A stretch of 64,000 nucleotides of DNA from an uncultured Acidobacteriota bacterium (GCA_963720545.1 OY970399.1:3424001-3488000), one strand, 5' to 3'; counted from the stretch's first letter, positions 45,594-55,410 are shown. Numbers and translations are program-made. Notes: generated by a model not told the origin, from the sequence alone.

Positions 45594-48308
45594 GTGATGT
45601 CTAAGACCACACTCCTCGTCGTCGCGTTCCTCGCCACATTTACCGCACTGGCCCACGCGTCCACTGGAACGATTGAAGGAACGGTCAAGGATTCCAGCGC
45701 CGCAGCTCTCGGCGGCGTTGCCATCACCGCGCACAATCTCGAGACAGGCCAAGACGCCCGCAACGTGACCACGATCGAAGGCACTTATCGTTTGGCCGCG
45801 GTGCCTCCGGGGGTCTATCGCCTGACGGGAGAACTGGCCGGTTTCGCCACATTTACCCGCGAGCCGGTGCGCGTTTACGTAGGACAAACGCTCGAAATCG
45901 CCATTGTGATGGCCGTCGCCGGGCTCGCAGACGAAATGACGATCGAGGCGGACACCCCCCTGATTGCGACCACGCGCTCTGAGATCGCGCAAGTCGTGGA
46001 GGGGGAGCGGATCAAGCAACTGCCACTCGATGGTCGCGACTTTCTCGAACTCGCGGAGCTCGCACCTGGCGTCGCTCCGTCAACTGGCTTTGGTGGCGGG
46101 CTGACGAGCATTAGCGGTTCGTCCTTTCGAAATGTAGCGATCAACCTCGACGGGCTGGATGTCACGGACGTCGTTGCGCGCGGCGCGTACGGCTACTTCA
46201 CATCCGAGCCGATCCGCGAATTTCAGGTCATCACCAATCGGTTTTCCGCCGAGTACGGCCGCTCGCTATCTGGCGTGATCAACGCGGTGACTAAGTCTGG
46301 AACGAACGAATTTCACGGCACTGCATACGCCTATGGGCGCGACGAAGCTCTCGATGCCAGACATTTCGTCTTTGATACTGAAACCCTTGGCTTCAAACGC
46401 GAAGACGAAAAGGATCAGTTCTCACAGCGCCAGCTCGGTGCCAGTTTCGGCGGCCCGATCGTGAAGGACAGGACTCACTTCTTCGTCAACTACGAACACG
46501 GTGACCACGACCAAACCGCTTTCGTAACAGCAGATCCAGGGTGGTCGTTCGGCGGCCTCGACATCTCTCGCGAAGTCGGAAACTTTCCGCAAAGCACGAC
46601 AGATAACCAGATGTTCGTCAAGATCAACCACAAGGCGACCGCGCGGCACGTGCTCGAAGCGTCCTTCACACGCAAGACCAGCAACGACACCAACGTATTC
46701 GTTGGAGGCTTTTCAACAGCAAGTTTTGGCGCCCAAACTCAATTCGCGGAGAACCTATTTCTCTTGGGCGATACCTGGACGGTGTCGAACCGGGCCGTTA
46801 ACCAGTTGCGCGTGCAGTTCGGGACGCGTCGGAACGACTGGATCCCCAACGACCGCAATCCTTCCGTCTATCAGTACACGGACTTCGGCGTCATCACATG
46901 CTGCGGATCGCATCCAAGCGTGGACCAACTCAACCGGACGAGGCGAGTACAGGTCAAGAACGACTACAACCTGAACTTAGCGCGGCACAATCTCAAGTTT
47001 GGCGGCGATCTTCAATTGTTACGCGGCGACCACGATACGCGGTACACATCGACTGGCTTTTACGTCATCTGGTACGGCGCGCCGTTATATTTTCGCCAGG
47101 CTTTTGGCCCCACGCACTTCATCTTCAACGAGGAGGTGTACGGCCTCTATGCGCAGGATGATTGGCGGCTAAGCGAGCATGTCACGCTGAACGTGGGCGC
47201 GCGGTACGACTACAACACGTTCACCCCTAATGACCACAACAACATTGCGCCGCGGATCGGGTTCGCGTGGGACGCCACTCATGACAGGCGCACTAGCGTA
47301 CGTGGTGGAGTTGGGCTGTATCACGACCTGGCGTTTACTCAACTGGTCCAAGTGGCGCAATGGGGAGGACCGCAGGGCGCCTATAACCTAACTTTTGCTC
47401 CGAACGATCCCCTTTATCCTCAGAACTGGGGCAGCATCACCAGTTTGCCGACGGGCCGGCCCATCCCTGCGCGCGACATCTACGCGCTCGGTGATGATAT
47501 CCGCACGGCGCACACATGGCAGGCGTCGCTTGGCTTCCAGCGCGAGATCGGCCGTGATCTGGCGTTCAGCATGGACGGAGTGTTCATCCGCGGTGCGGAT
47601 CTGTTGCGACTGCGTGACCTCAATGCTCCTCGGTTTACCGGCCCCTACCCCGCGGGTCAGGAGGTGGCGTTCGCGAACCTCAACCGGCCCACCATTCCGG
47701 CAAGCAACGGCTTCCGGCGCGTGGACCAGATCGAATCCTCGGGACGCAGCGAGTACAAGGCGGTCTACATGAACCTCACAAAGAGGCTGCGGCGAAATAC
47801 GTTTCAGCTTTCCTACACTTTGGCGAGCGCGAAGGATGACCTGCCCGTGGGCGGCGACTACAACAGCCGAGCCAACGATAGCCTCGACATGGACGCCGAG
47901 TGGGGACCGGCCCTTAACGACATCCGCCACACCATCGCTGCGAACGCAGTGGCTGAGCTGCCCCTGGGGTTCACCGCGGGTGGCATTTTCCTCGCATATT
48001 CGGGGCGACCCTACACGGCACAACTTGGCTACGACTTCAACGGTGACGGCACCAACAACGACCGCCCTCAGGGTGTCGGCAAGGGCACTCTCACCGGCAA
48101 GGCATTCGCCAAGTTGGATCTTTTCGTGAACAAGGAGTTTCGCCTTGCAGGGCAGTGCAAGCTCAACCTCCGCCTGGAAGCGTTCAATGCTCTCGATCGC
48201 CTCAACGAGACGGAATACGGCAACCTCGTGGATACCGAAACTTATCAGCGAGCTACGAGCGCTGCGGCGCCTCGTAGTTTGCAAGTTTCGGCGAGATTCG
48301 AGTTTTAA
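45594..48308 (+). CDS. TonB-dependent receptor (Oar-like, N-terminal carboxypeptidase-regulatory-like domain)
   Basis: Signal peptide, GTIEGTVKDSS, LPLDGRDFLEL, AEYGRS..INAVTKSGTNEFHG, YAQDDW, APRIGFAWD, C-terminal ARFEF. Confidence 0.92.
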   Translation: MMSKTTLLVVAFLATFTALAHASTGTIEGTVKDSSAAALGGVAITAHNLETGQDARNVTTIEGTYRLAAVPPGVYRLTGELAGFATFTREPVRVYVGQTLEIAIVMAVAGLADEMTIEADTPLIATTRSEIAQVVEGERIKQLPLDGRDFLELAELAPGVAPSTGFGGGLTSISGSSFRNVAINLDGLDVTDVVARGAYGYFTSEPIREFQVITNRFSAEYGRSLSGVINAVTKSGTNEFHGTAYAYGRDEALDARHFVFDTETLGFKREDEKDQFSQRQLGASFGGPIVKDRTHFFVNYEHGDHDQTAFVTADPGWSFGGLDISREVGNFPQSTTDNQMFVKINHKATARHVLEASFTRKTSNDTNVFVGGFSTASFGAQTQFAENLFLLGDTWTVSNRAVNQLRVQFGTRRNDWIPNDRNPSVYQYTDFGVITCCGSHPSVDQLNRTRRVQVKNDYNLNLARHNLKFGGDLQLLRGDHDTRYTSTGFYVIWYGAPLYFRQAFGPTHFIFNEEVYGLYAQDDWRLSEHVTLNVGARYDYNTFTPNDHNNIAPRIGFAWDATHDRRTSVRGGVGLYHDLAFTQLVQVAQWGGPQGAYNLTFAPNDPLYPQNWGSITSLPTGRPIPARDIYALGDDIRTAHTWQASLGFQREIGRDLAFSMDGVFIRGADLLRLRDLNAPRFTGPYPAGQEVAFANLNRPTIPASNGFRRVDQIESSGRSEYKAVYMNLTKRLRRNTFQLSYTLASAKDDLPVGGDYNSRANDSLDMDAEWGPALNDIRHTIAANAVAELPLGFTAGGIFLAYSGRPYTAQLGYDFNGDGTNNDRPQGVGKGTLTGKAFAKLDLFVNKEFRLAGQCKLNLRLEAFNALDRLNETEYGNLVDTETYQRATSAAAPRSLQVSARFEF

Positions 48309-49370
48309 GTGGGGCCGCACAACTCTCGGCGCGGTTTCCTCACGGCACTCACGGTGGCTCCGCTAGCGCTGAGGCCCTTTCGGGTGCGCGCTGACGTTGG
48401 CGCCGATGCTCAGGCGCTACACGCTGCCTCGATCGTCATCGACCACGCGTGTCCACTTCTCGTTCCCGACGACGACGATTATCTCGCGAAGACCCGCGCA
48501 GGCGGGACCACGGTTGCGATGGCGACTCTGGCTAGCAACCACGACTTTCGCGCGGCTCTCGGACTGATGAACGCATGGATGGTGCGCTTTGCGAAGGACC
48601 CAACGCTCATCCACGTTACGACCGTGGCCGACATCGAGCGCGCGAAGTCCGAGGGCAGGCTGGGCGTGGGATTCCATTTCCAGAATTCGCGCGCTATCGA
48701 ATACGACTTGGAGAACCTAGTCCTCTTCCATCGCCTCGGACTGCGCGTCATGCAGCTCACTTACAACGAGAAAAACCAGGTCGGTGACGGCGCTACCGAG
48801 CGCACTGATGCTGGGCTCTCCAAGTTCGGTCTGCGCCTCATCGAAGAAATGAACCGCTTGGGCGTGGTGGTCGACCTGAGCCACGTCGGCCACCGTACCA
48901 CCATGGAAGCGATGGAAGCTTCCAGGGCTCCGGTCGTATTCAGTCACTCCAATGCCTGGACCATTCACCGGAGCAAGCGCAACATTCAGGATGACCAGAT
49001 CAAGGCCCTGGCGAAGAGCGGTGGGGTAATTGGCATGAATGGGTTCCCAGGCTTCGTTCATAGGGACCATCCCGCCACGCTCGACCAACTTCTGGACCAC
49101 GTCGACTACATCGCAAAACTTGTCGGCCCCGACCATCTCGGGCTTGGGTTGGACTACTCGCAGTCCACTCCAGAGGACTACAAGCGCTGGAATTACGACA
49201 TCGAGACATACCCGATGCCTCCATGGAAGTATCCGACTGGCGTCCAGGACGTCTCCCTACTCCCCAACTTTACGGCGGGGTTGAAGAAGCGCGGCTACAG
49301 CGACGAGGACGTGCGAAAGATCCTCGGGGGGAACTTCATCCGCGTCTTTAAAGCCGTGTGGAAGGCTTGA
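48309..49370 (+). CDS. Tat-exported membrane-dipeptidase (M19) family amidohydrolase
   Basis: SRRGFL twin-arginine; MQLTYN, DLSHVG, FSHSN, LGLDY, KILGGNF. Confidence 0.88.
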   Translation: MGPHNSRRGFLTALTVAPLALRPFRVRADVGADAQALHAASIVIDHACPLLVPDDDDYLAKTRAGGTTVAMATLASNHDFRAALGLMNAWMVRFAKDPTLIHVTTVADIERAKSEGRLGVGFHFQNSRAIEYDLENLVLFHRLGLRVMQLTYNEKNQVGDGATERTDAGLSKFGLRLIEEMNRLGVVVDLSHVGHRTTMEAMEASRAPVVFSHSNAWTIHRSKRNIQDDQIKALAKSGGVIGMNGFPGFVHRDHPATLDQLLDHVDYIAKLVGPDHLGLGLDYSQSTPEDYKRWNYDIETYPMPPWKYPTGVQDVSLLPNFTAGLKKRGYSDEDVRKILGGNFIRVFKAVWKA

Positions 49371-49373
49371 GAG

Positions 49374-51305
49374 TTGTTCTTGTTGGCGACGATACTGGCC
49401 GCAGTCAATGCCGCGGTGTTGATTCCAGAAGAGCGACCGTACTCATTCTTCAGTGGGGTGTTGAGGCCGGCTGAATACTCCGCAGGCGACATTGGCGTTC
49501 AACGTGGCCTGATGGTCGTCGCCAGAGACGGGATCAGGCTTGCAACGGACCTTTATCTTCCGCCGGGCGGAGGCAAGTTGCCCACCATCATTATGCGCAC
49601 CCCGTATGGCAAGGAGGGTTCAGAGCCGTTGTTACGCGAGGTGGCGCGCTATGGCTACGCGGTTGTGGCACAAGACTGTCGCGGCACAGGCGCGAGCGAA
49701 CCGGGCCAATGGGACATGTACATGTATGAGAAGGAGGACGGTCAGGACCTTCTCAATTGGGTAGAGGCGCAGTCTTGGTCGAACGGCAAAGTCGGCGGCG
49801 TCGGCGGCTCCTATGTTGGCGAAACCCAATGGTTCATGGCATCCAACAAGGGAATGACGGCGATCCTGCCCGAGGTTGCCGGACTCGGTGACGGATCGTC
49901 GCCGGGGGTCCGGCTGCATATGATGGTGAACGCCTATGCGCGGACCATCGGCAAGTCTGGAGGCCGCGCCAAGGCATCAGTTTCGTTGGATGAAATTGAG
50001 CGGCAGATGGAAGCCGAAACACTAAGCACGGGGTATTTCAACGACCCCCTTAATGGCCCCTATCCGGAGCGGATGTTGGAACGCTTTCCCGTGTTGCGAG
50101 CATTGGCCCCCGCCGCACGCGCCGAACGGCTGCTCCAAATCTGGGCTGAACTTCCGCCCGCGGAGCGCACCGCCCTTGTGCGCAATCTTCTCGGTGCGTC
50201 CGAAGTGAACTACGCCAACCTGGGCAATCTGCCGGCAATCTTCGGCCCAGACGGTGGCGGCCCCGCCTTCAAGTATGTTGCTCCCTCCCTGGCGGATGTG
50301 TATCGGAGTATCGCTGCGCCGCCGTTGATGTTGAACGGCTGGTATGACTGGGGGCTCGATTTGACGCTCGAGACGTGGGCACTCATCGAAGAATTTTCAA
50401 ATCCGCACGTTCGTGACAACGCCGTCATGGTGATCACACCAAGTGCGCACAATAGCGTTGGCTATAACGAGGGAGCAGATGTGACGCCGGCCCTGCGGTA
50501 CCGCTATCGAGGCCTCGACAACCTGGAGTTGATAGTTCGTTGGTACGATCGCTGGCTCAAGAATCGTCCGGACGCCGTTGAAGGCCTTTCGCGTGTGACG
50601 TATTACATGATGGGGGCCAATCAGTGGCGCGGAGCCGATGCGTGGCCGCCACGAAGTGCTCGGCCGACCCGCTTTTTCCTCGACTCCGGCGGTAGTGCGA
50701 GCGGAGTGCACGGATCCGGAATCTTAAGGCGGGAACACGTGGGCGACGGGCAGCCCGACCGATTCACATACGATCCCGAGCACCCGCCGCCGACTCGCGG
50801 GGGCAGCATCGTCTCCGCTCTTGTCCCGTCAGGCTCGCTCGATCAAAGTGAGACGCAGGAACGAGAGGACGTGCTCGTGTACACAACGGCTCCGCTCGAG
50901 AGCGATCTCGGGGTCGTCGGCCCGGTGCACGCACTCATTCACGCGAGCTCATCCGCCGTCGACACCGACTGGACCGCAAAGCTCACTGATGTCTTCCCGG
51001 ACGGCCGTGCTTTAGTCCTGCAAAGCGGGATTGTGCGGGCGCGCTTCCGCAATCGAGGAGAAGATCCTTCGCTAATCGAGCCCGGGCGAGTGTATCCATA
51101 CGACATCGACATGTGGGCAACCGCCAACCTGTTCCGGAAAGGCCACCGGATTCGGCTCGAAATCGCTTCGGCTGACTTCCCCCGCTATGAAAGGAATACC
51201 AATCGCGGCGGTCAACCCGGATCACCGCTAAAGGCAACTCAAACCGTGTTTCACGAGCGAGCCTATCCGTCGCATCTCGTGTTGCACGTGATGGACGAGC
51301 CTTGA
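49374..51305 (+). CDS. CocE/NonD-family serine hydrolase (S15-like)
   Basis: RDGIRLATDLY, RTPYGK, QDCRG, GGSYVG nucleophile, GWYD, C-terminal GHRIRLEIAS. Confidence 0.9.
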   Translation: MFLLATILAAVNAAVLIPEERPYSFFSGVLRPAEYSAGDIGVQRGLMVVARDGIRLATDLYLPPGGGKLPTIIMRTPYGKEGSEPLLREVARYGYAVVAQDCRGTGASEPGQWDMYMYEKEDGQDLLNWVEAQSWSNGKVGGVGGSYVGETQWFMASNKGMTAILPEVAGLGDGSSPGVRLHMMVNAYARTIGKSGGRAKASVSLDEIERQMEAETLSTGYFNDPLNGPYPERMLERFPVLRALAPAARAERLLQIWAELPPAERTALVRNLLGASEVNYANLGNLPAIFGPDGGGPAFKYVAPSLADVYRSIAAPPLMLNGWYDWGLDLTLETWALIEEFSNPHVRDNAVMVITPSAHNSVGYNEGADVTPALRYRYRGLDNLELIVRWYDRWLKNRPDAVEGLSRVTYYMMGANQWRGADAWPPRSARPTRFFLDSGGSASGVHGSGILRREHVGDGQPDRFTYDPEHPPPTRGGSIVSALVPSGSLDQSETQEREDVLVYTTAPLESDLGVVGPVHALIHASSSAVDTDWTAKLTDVFPDGRALVLQSGIVRARFRNRGEDPSLIEPGRVYPYDIDMWATANLFRKGHRIRLEIASADFPRYERNTNRGGQPGSPLKATQTVFHERAYPSHLVLHVMDEP

Positions 51306-52582
51306 GCGTGCGCCATGCTTTGGTGGTCGGCGGCGGGGCCATTGGAGTCTGCTCCGCATGGTATCTATCGCGGTCGGGCTGGCGAGTTACCCTGCTTGAG
51401 CGCGCGCAAGTCGGGGAGGGATGCTCGTTCGGAAATGCTGGCCTGATAGTACCTAGCCATTCGGTGCCTTTGGCTGCGCCTGGCGTGTGGCAACAAGGCC
51501 TCTCATGGATGCTGCGTCCGGATGCTCCGTTCCGGTTTCAGCCCCGATTCGATGTCGACTTAGCACGTTGGCTGTGGAACTTTGTCCGCGCGTCCACGGA
51601 GCGGCACGTTCTGCGTTCATTGCCATTGTTGCGCGAACTCAGCTACGCCAGCTTACGGCTCTGGCGTGAATTGGCAGCCCTGCCTGGGTTCGACTTTGGC
51701 TACCGACAGGACGGCGTACTGATGGCCTACCGCACAACGTCAGGCTTGGAGGCCGGAGCACGCGAGGCCCAGCTCTTGCGGGCGCACGGGGTGGCCGCGG
51801 AAACCCTGGATCGCCACGCCACCGTGAAACGCGAGCCCAGCTTGCGCCATTCGGTCGCCGGTTCGGTCTATTTTCCTGACGACGCGCAAATTGTGCCGGA
51901 CCAGTTTGTGAAGGGATTGGCACAACGGGCTGCAGAGGACGGCGTGAAGACTATCCCGTCTGTCGAGGTCGGGGGGTTCAAGTTGCATGGCGAGGCGATC
52001 CGGTCGGTACAGACATCGGCCGGCGATTTCAACGCGGATCAGTTCATCCTGGCAGCAGGCACACAGTCGGCAGCGTTGGCACGAGCTGTCGAGCTGCGAC
52101 TTCCAATCGAGGCGGGCAAGGGGTACAGCATCACATTCGACCGCACTTCCACGCGTCTCAATGTGCCTCTCGTGCTCGCCGAAGACCGGCTGGCGATCAC
52201 TCCGATGGGCGACCGGCTCCGCGTGTGCGGAACTCTCGAGCTCGGCGCCCAGAACTTGTCGATCGACCGCCGCCGAGCACTTGCACAACTTAGCGCCGCT
52301 GCCTGCTGGCTCGAGGATGTGCCGACCGCCACGGACCAAACGATCGTCTGGAGCGGCCTGCGGCCGTGCACACCGGACGGTCTGCCCCTGGTTGGCCGCT
52401 CGCGACGCGTTTCCAATCTGACGATTGCCACGGGCCATGCCATGCTCGGCGTGTCACTCGCTCCCATCACCGGAAAGCTCGTTAGTCAATTGACTGGCGA
52501 CGAAGCGACGGACTTTCCTATCGATAAGTTGAGCCCGGACCGCTTTGGCGCGCGACCAGCCGGCAGACAAACCGCAGCATGA
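51302..52582 (+). CDS. D-amino acid dehydrogenase/oxidase (DadA-like)
   Basis: VGGGAIG, GCSFGNAG, GKGYS, WSGLRPCTPDGLP, ATGHAMLG. Confidence 0.88.
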   Translation: MSVRHALVVGGGAIGVCSAWYLSRSGWRVTLLERAQVGEGCSFGNAGLIVPSHSVPLAAPGVWQQGLSWMLRPDAPFRFQPRFDVDLARWLWNFVRASTERHVLRSLPLLRELSYASLRLWRELAALPGFDFGYRQDGVLMAYRTTSGLEAGAREAQLLRAHGVAAETLDRHATVKREPSLRHSVAGSVYFPDDAQIVPDQFVKGLAQRAAEDGVKTIPSVEVGGFKLHGEAIRSVQTSAGDFNADQFILAAGTQSAALARAVELRLPIEAGKGYSITFDRTSTRLNVPLVLAEDRLAITPMGDRLRVCGTLELGAQNLSIDRRRALAQLSAAACWLEDVPTATDQTIVWSGLRPCTPDGLPLVGRSRRVSNLTIATGHAMLGVSLAPITGKLVSQLTGDEATDFPIDKLSPDRFGARPAGRQTAA

Positions 52583-53325
52583 TCAAGCGCCGACCAGTGG
52601 GTTACAAGTCCCTGAAGGAAATCGTCCACGACTACCTGGTCGAGTCGGTGCGCTCGGGACGATTGCAACCCCGCCAGAGAATCAACGAAAGGGAAATTTG
52701 CGAACAGCTCGGCGTGAGCCGCACACCGGTGCGTGAGGCACTCCTACAGCTCGAGCCCGTGGGACTTGTGTCGTTTCTGCCGCGCAAGGGAATCGTCATC
52801 AACGCCCTCACGGAGCGTGACGTTGAGGAGTTATTCGCCACTATTGGCATCTTGGAGGTGGCCGCAGCGCGCCTCGCCGTGCCCCTGCTCACCGAGGCTG
52901 ACCTGGTCAAGCTCGAGAATTACCTTGCAACGATGGAGGCACTAATCGGCCGCCGCGACCTGCAGAGCCTCAATCGAGCGATGGAAGACTTCCACGACGT
53001 TCATCTCTCGCGCTGCCCTAATGGCCTGCTGGTTCAGACCATTCGACAGCTTAAGAGGCGCTTCTACGACTCGCCTCATCGCATCGCATTCGTCACCGAA
53101 TGGGAAACCCAGCTGCTCACAGAACACAAGCGGTTGGTCAACCTGTTTCAGCAACGAGACGTGGACGGCGTAGTCGCCTTCATGCAGCTTCACTGGTCTT
53201 GGGAACATAACAAGGCCTACGCGTTGCGCAGTTATTTTCCGATGAACCGGAAAAATCCGGACAAGGACCAGAACCCTGGTGCCACGACGGGCGGGCCGAG
53301 TGGTGAACCGCAACGAGTTGGCTGA
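52579..53325 (+). CDS. GntR-family (FCD) transcriptional regulator
   Basis: RINEREICEQLGVSRTPVREAL; FCD region FH...N...EH. Confidence 0.92.
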   Translation: MIKRRPVGYKSLKEIVHDYLVESVRSGRLQPRQRINEREICEQLGVSRTPVREALLQLEPVGLVSFLPRKGIVINALTERDVEELFATIGILEVAAARLAVPLLTEADLVKLENYLATMEALIGRRDLQSLNRAMEDFHDVHLSRCPNGLLVQTIRQLKRRFYDSPHRIAFVTEWETQLLTEHKRLVNLFQQRDVDGVVAFMQLHWSWEHNKAYALRSYFPMNRKNPDKDQNPGATTGGPSGEPQRVG

Positions 53326-53491
53326 GTCGACCACCCACGACCCTGGGATTTACCCGATTCGGTAGCCGGTCTCACTAGTCGCATGAAATTGCCGCTGCGC
53401 TTTGCTCGAACAGAGCAGGGTATGACCAATGGTCGAATGGCGCCGCCGAACACCGGTTGGGTCTACGTACTTGGCGCCATAATGACTTCGG

Positions 53492-53580
53492 TGGTGCCGG
53501 AGGTGGGAATCGAACCCACACGACCCTTGCGAGTCTCGGGATTTTGAGTCCCGCGCGTCTGCCAGTTTCGCCACTCCGGC
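53492..53580 (-). tRNA. tRNA-Leu(CAA)
   Basis: Reverse complement GCCGGAGTGGCGAAACTGGCAGACGCGCGGGACTCAAAATCCCG...GGTTCGATTCCCACCTCCGGCACCA; anticodon loop CT-CAA-AA; TAGAAT 10 nt upstream. Confidence 0.95.
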
Positions 53581-53630
53581 CGGAGACTTGATTCTAGGGG
53601 GCTTCGGCATCGGAGAGAATTGCAGTGGAC

Positions 53631-54755
53631 ATGACCGACTGGGCGGCGGTGCGGCGCGACTTTCCGGTGCTTGCGAAGTATCACTACCTCGATGCGTCGG
53701 CGGCGGCGCCGACTCCGGTTGCGGTGGGGGAGGCGGTGGCGCGCTTCTACGCCGACCTCGCGCAGCACGGCGACCTGCCCTGGAACGGCTGGCTCGCCGA
53801 GCGTGAGGCGATTCGCGAGCGGATCGCTCGCTTCATCGGCGCCACCGCGGACGAGATCGCGTTCACCGCCAACACCTCGGCGGGCATCAACCTGATCGTG
53901 GACGTGCTGGCCGAGGACGGGCCGGTGGTCGCGAGCAGCCGCGAGTTCCCGACGGTGACGCTGCCGTGGTTACACAGGGGCGTTCCGGTACGCTTCGTCG
54001 AGCCGCGGGACGGTGCCGTAATCGCGGATGACTTCACGCGCGCGGCGGCGCCGGAGGCCGCCACCATTGCCGTCAGCCACGTGCAGTTCGCGAACGGCTA
54101 CCGCGTCGACTTGCCGTCGTTCGCCGCCATAAAGGATGGGCGTTCGCTGGTCGTTTCCGCGAGCCAGTCGGCGGGTGCGCTGCCCATCGACGTGCGCGCT
54201 TTCGGCATCGATGCGCTCGCGGTCGGCGGCCACAAGTGGATGTGCGCCGGCTACGGCACCGGCTTTGCGTACATCTCGAAGGAGATCCTCGCGCGCCGGC
54301 CGCCGCGGGCCATCGGCTGGATGAGCGGGGCCAACCCGTTCGGCTTCGACCCGCGCCACATCGACCTGCTGCCGACCAACCAGCGTTCCGAACTCGGATG
54401 TCCGGCGTTTCCGTCGATTTTCGCGCTCGGCGCCGCCGCCGCTTACCTCGCCGGCATCGGCATCGAGGCGATCGCGGCGCGCATCCTGGCGCTGAACGAA
54501 GCGCTGACGACGGCACTGCAGAAGAACGGCTTCGAGGTGCTGTCGCCAGGCGGCGCGCATCGCTCGGGGGCCACGCTCGTGCGCGTTGCCGACTCCGAGC
54601 AGGCGGTGCGCCACCTGCGCAGCCGGCGCGTGCTCGTGTCGCCGAAGCCCGAAGGCGTGCGCATCGCGACGCACTTCTACAACGACGGATCCGACATCGA
54701 CGCGTGCGTCGCGGCGCTCGTTTCGTGGCGTCAAATGGCGGCGCCGCGGGTGTAA
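53631..54755 (+). CDS. Class V PLP-dependent aminotransferase / cysteine desulfurase-like enzyme
   Basis: RRDFP..YLD, NTSAG, SQSAG, GGHKWMCA (PLP Lys), HFYN. Alternative GTG at 53625. Confidence 0.88.
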   Translation: MTDWAAVRRDFPVLAKYHYLDASAAAPTPVAVGEAVARFYADLAQHGDLPWNGWLAEREAIRERIARFIGATADEIAFTANTSAGINLIVDVLAEDGPVVASSREFPTVTLPWLHRGVPVRFVEPRDGAVIADDFTRAAAPEAATIAVSHVQFANGYRVDLPSFAAIKDGRSLVVSASQSAGALPIDVRAFGIDALAVGGHKWMCAGYGTGFAYISKEILARRPPRAIGWMSGANPFGFDPRHIDLLPTNQRSELGCPAFPSIFALGAAAAYLAGIGIEAIAARILALNEALTTALQKNGFEVLSPGGAHRSGATLVRVADSEQAVRHLRSRRVLVSPKPEGVRIATHFYNDGSDIDACVAALVSWRQMAAPRV

Positions 54756-54778
54756 GCTAGGCGAAGAGCACCCCCCAA

Positions 54779-55342
54779 GTGAGTTTCCAGGTCGGAGAAA
54801 AAGTCGTCTATCCGAACCATGGTCTCGGCGTCGTCGAGGCGATAGAGAGCCGCCCCACGCCCACCGGCAAGATCGACGGATACGGCCTGCGCATCCTGGC
54901 CAACGACTCGCGCGTCTGGGTGCCGCAGAAGGGCGCCGCCGACATAGGGCTGCGTCCCATCGCCAACAACCGCGAAGTCCGGCAGATCTTCGACCTGCTG
55001 AGCGGGTCGGCGGTAGACCAGAGCAGCAACTGGAAGGGCCGTTTCAAGGAGAACTCGGACAAGATGCGCACCGGCAGCCTGCTGGAGGTTGCCGAGGTGC
55101 TGAAGGGCCTCAGTTACCTGGTCCGCAGCAAGGGGCTGTCGTTTCGCGAGAAGCGCATGCTGGAGCGGGCCAAGTTCCTTGTGGTCAGTGAGATAGCAGA
55201 AGCCGACGCCCGCAGCGTGCAAAGCGTCGAAGAGCGCGTCGAAAAGGCCCTCACGCGCGCTTTTGGCCCCACCTCGCCCAATAGCGACGCACCGAAGCCG
55301 CGCCAGCGGCCCGTCTTCAGCTCCCGCCGCTCCGACGCCTGA
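54779..55342 (+). CDS. carD: CarD/CdnL-family RNA polymerase-binding regulator
   Basis: FQVGEKVVYPNHGLG, IGLR, NWKGRF (conserved Trp), LSFREKRML. Confidence 0.9.
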   Translation: MSFQVGEKVVYPNHGLGVVEAIESRPTPTGKIDGYGLRILANDSRVWVPQKGAADIGLRPIANNREVRQIFDLLSGSAVDQSSNWKGRFKENSDKMRTGSLLEVAEVLKGLSYLVRSKGLSFREKRMLERAKFLVVSEIAEADARSVQSVEERVEKALTRAFGPTSPNSDAPKPRQRPVFSSRRSDA

Positions 55343-55380
55343 GCGAACGTGCGCCAATCGGCGCATCTCTTGTAGCTACC

Positions 55381-55410
55381 TTGACTTCGGGGGAATCCGG
55401 GGCCTACAAT
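55381..55410 (+). promoter_or_regulatory. Sigma70-type promoter for the IHF/HU gene
   Basis: TTGACT 55381-55386, 18 nt, TACAAT 55405-55410. Confidence 0.65.

Larger units (their letters stand above)
45341..53491. mobile_element. Lower-GC genomic islet abutting the 3' end of tRNA-Leu(CAA); no integrase seen
   Basis: Abrupt composition shift (hand counts: 47/60 GC at 44761-44820 vs 32/60 at 46321-46380), more A/T-ending codons, self-contained operon. Boundaries approximate. Confidence 0.6.
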
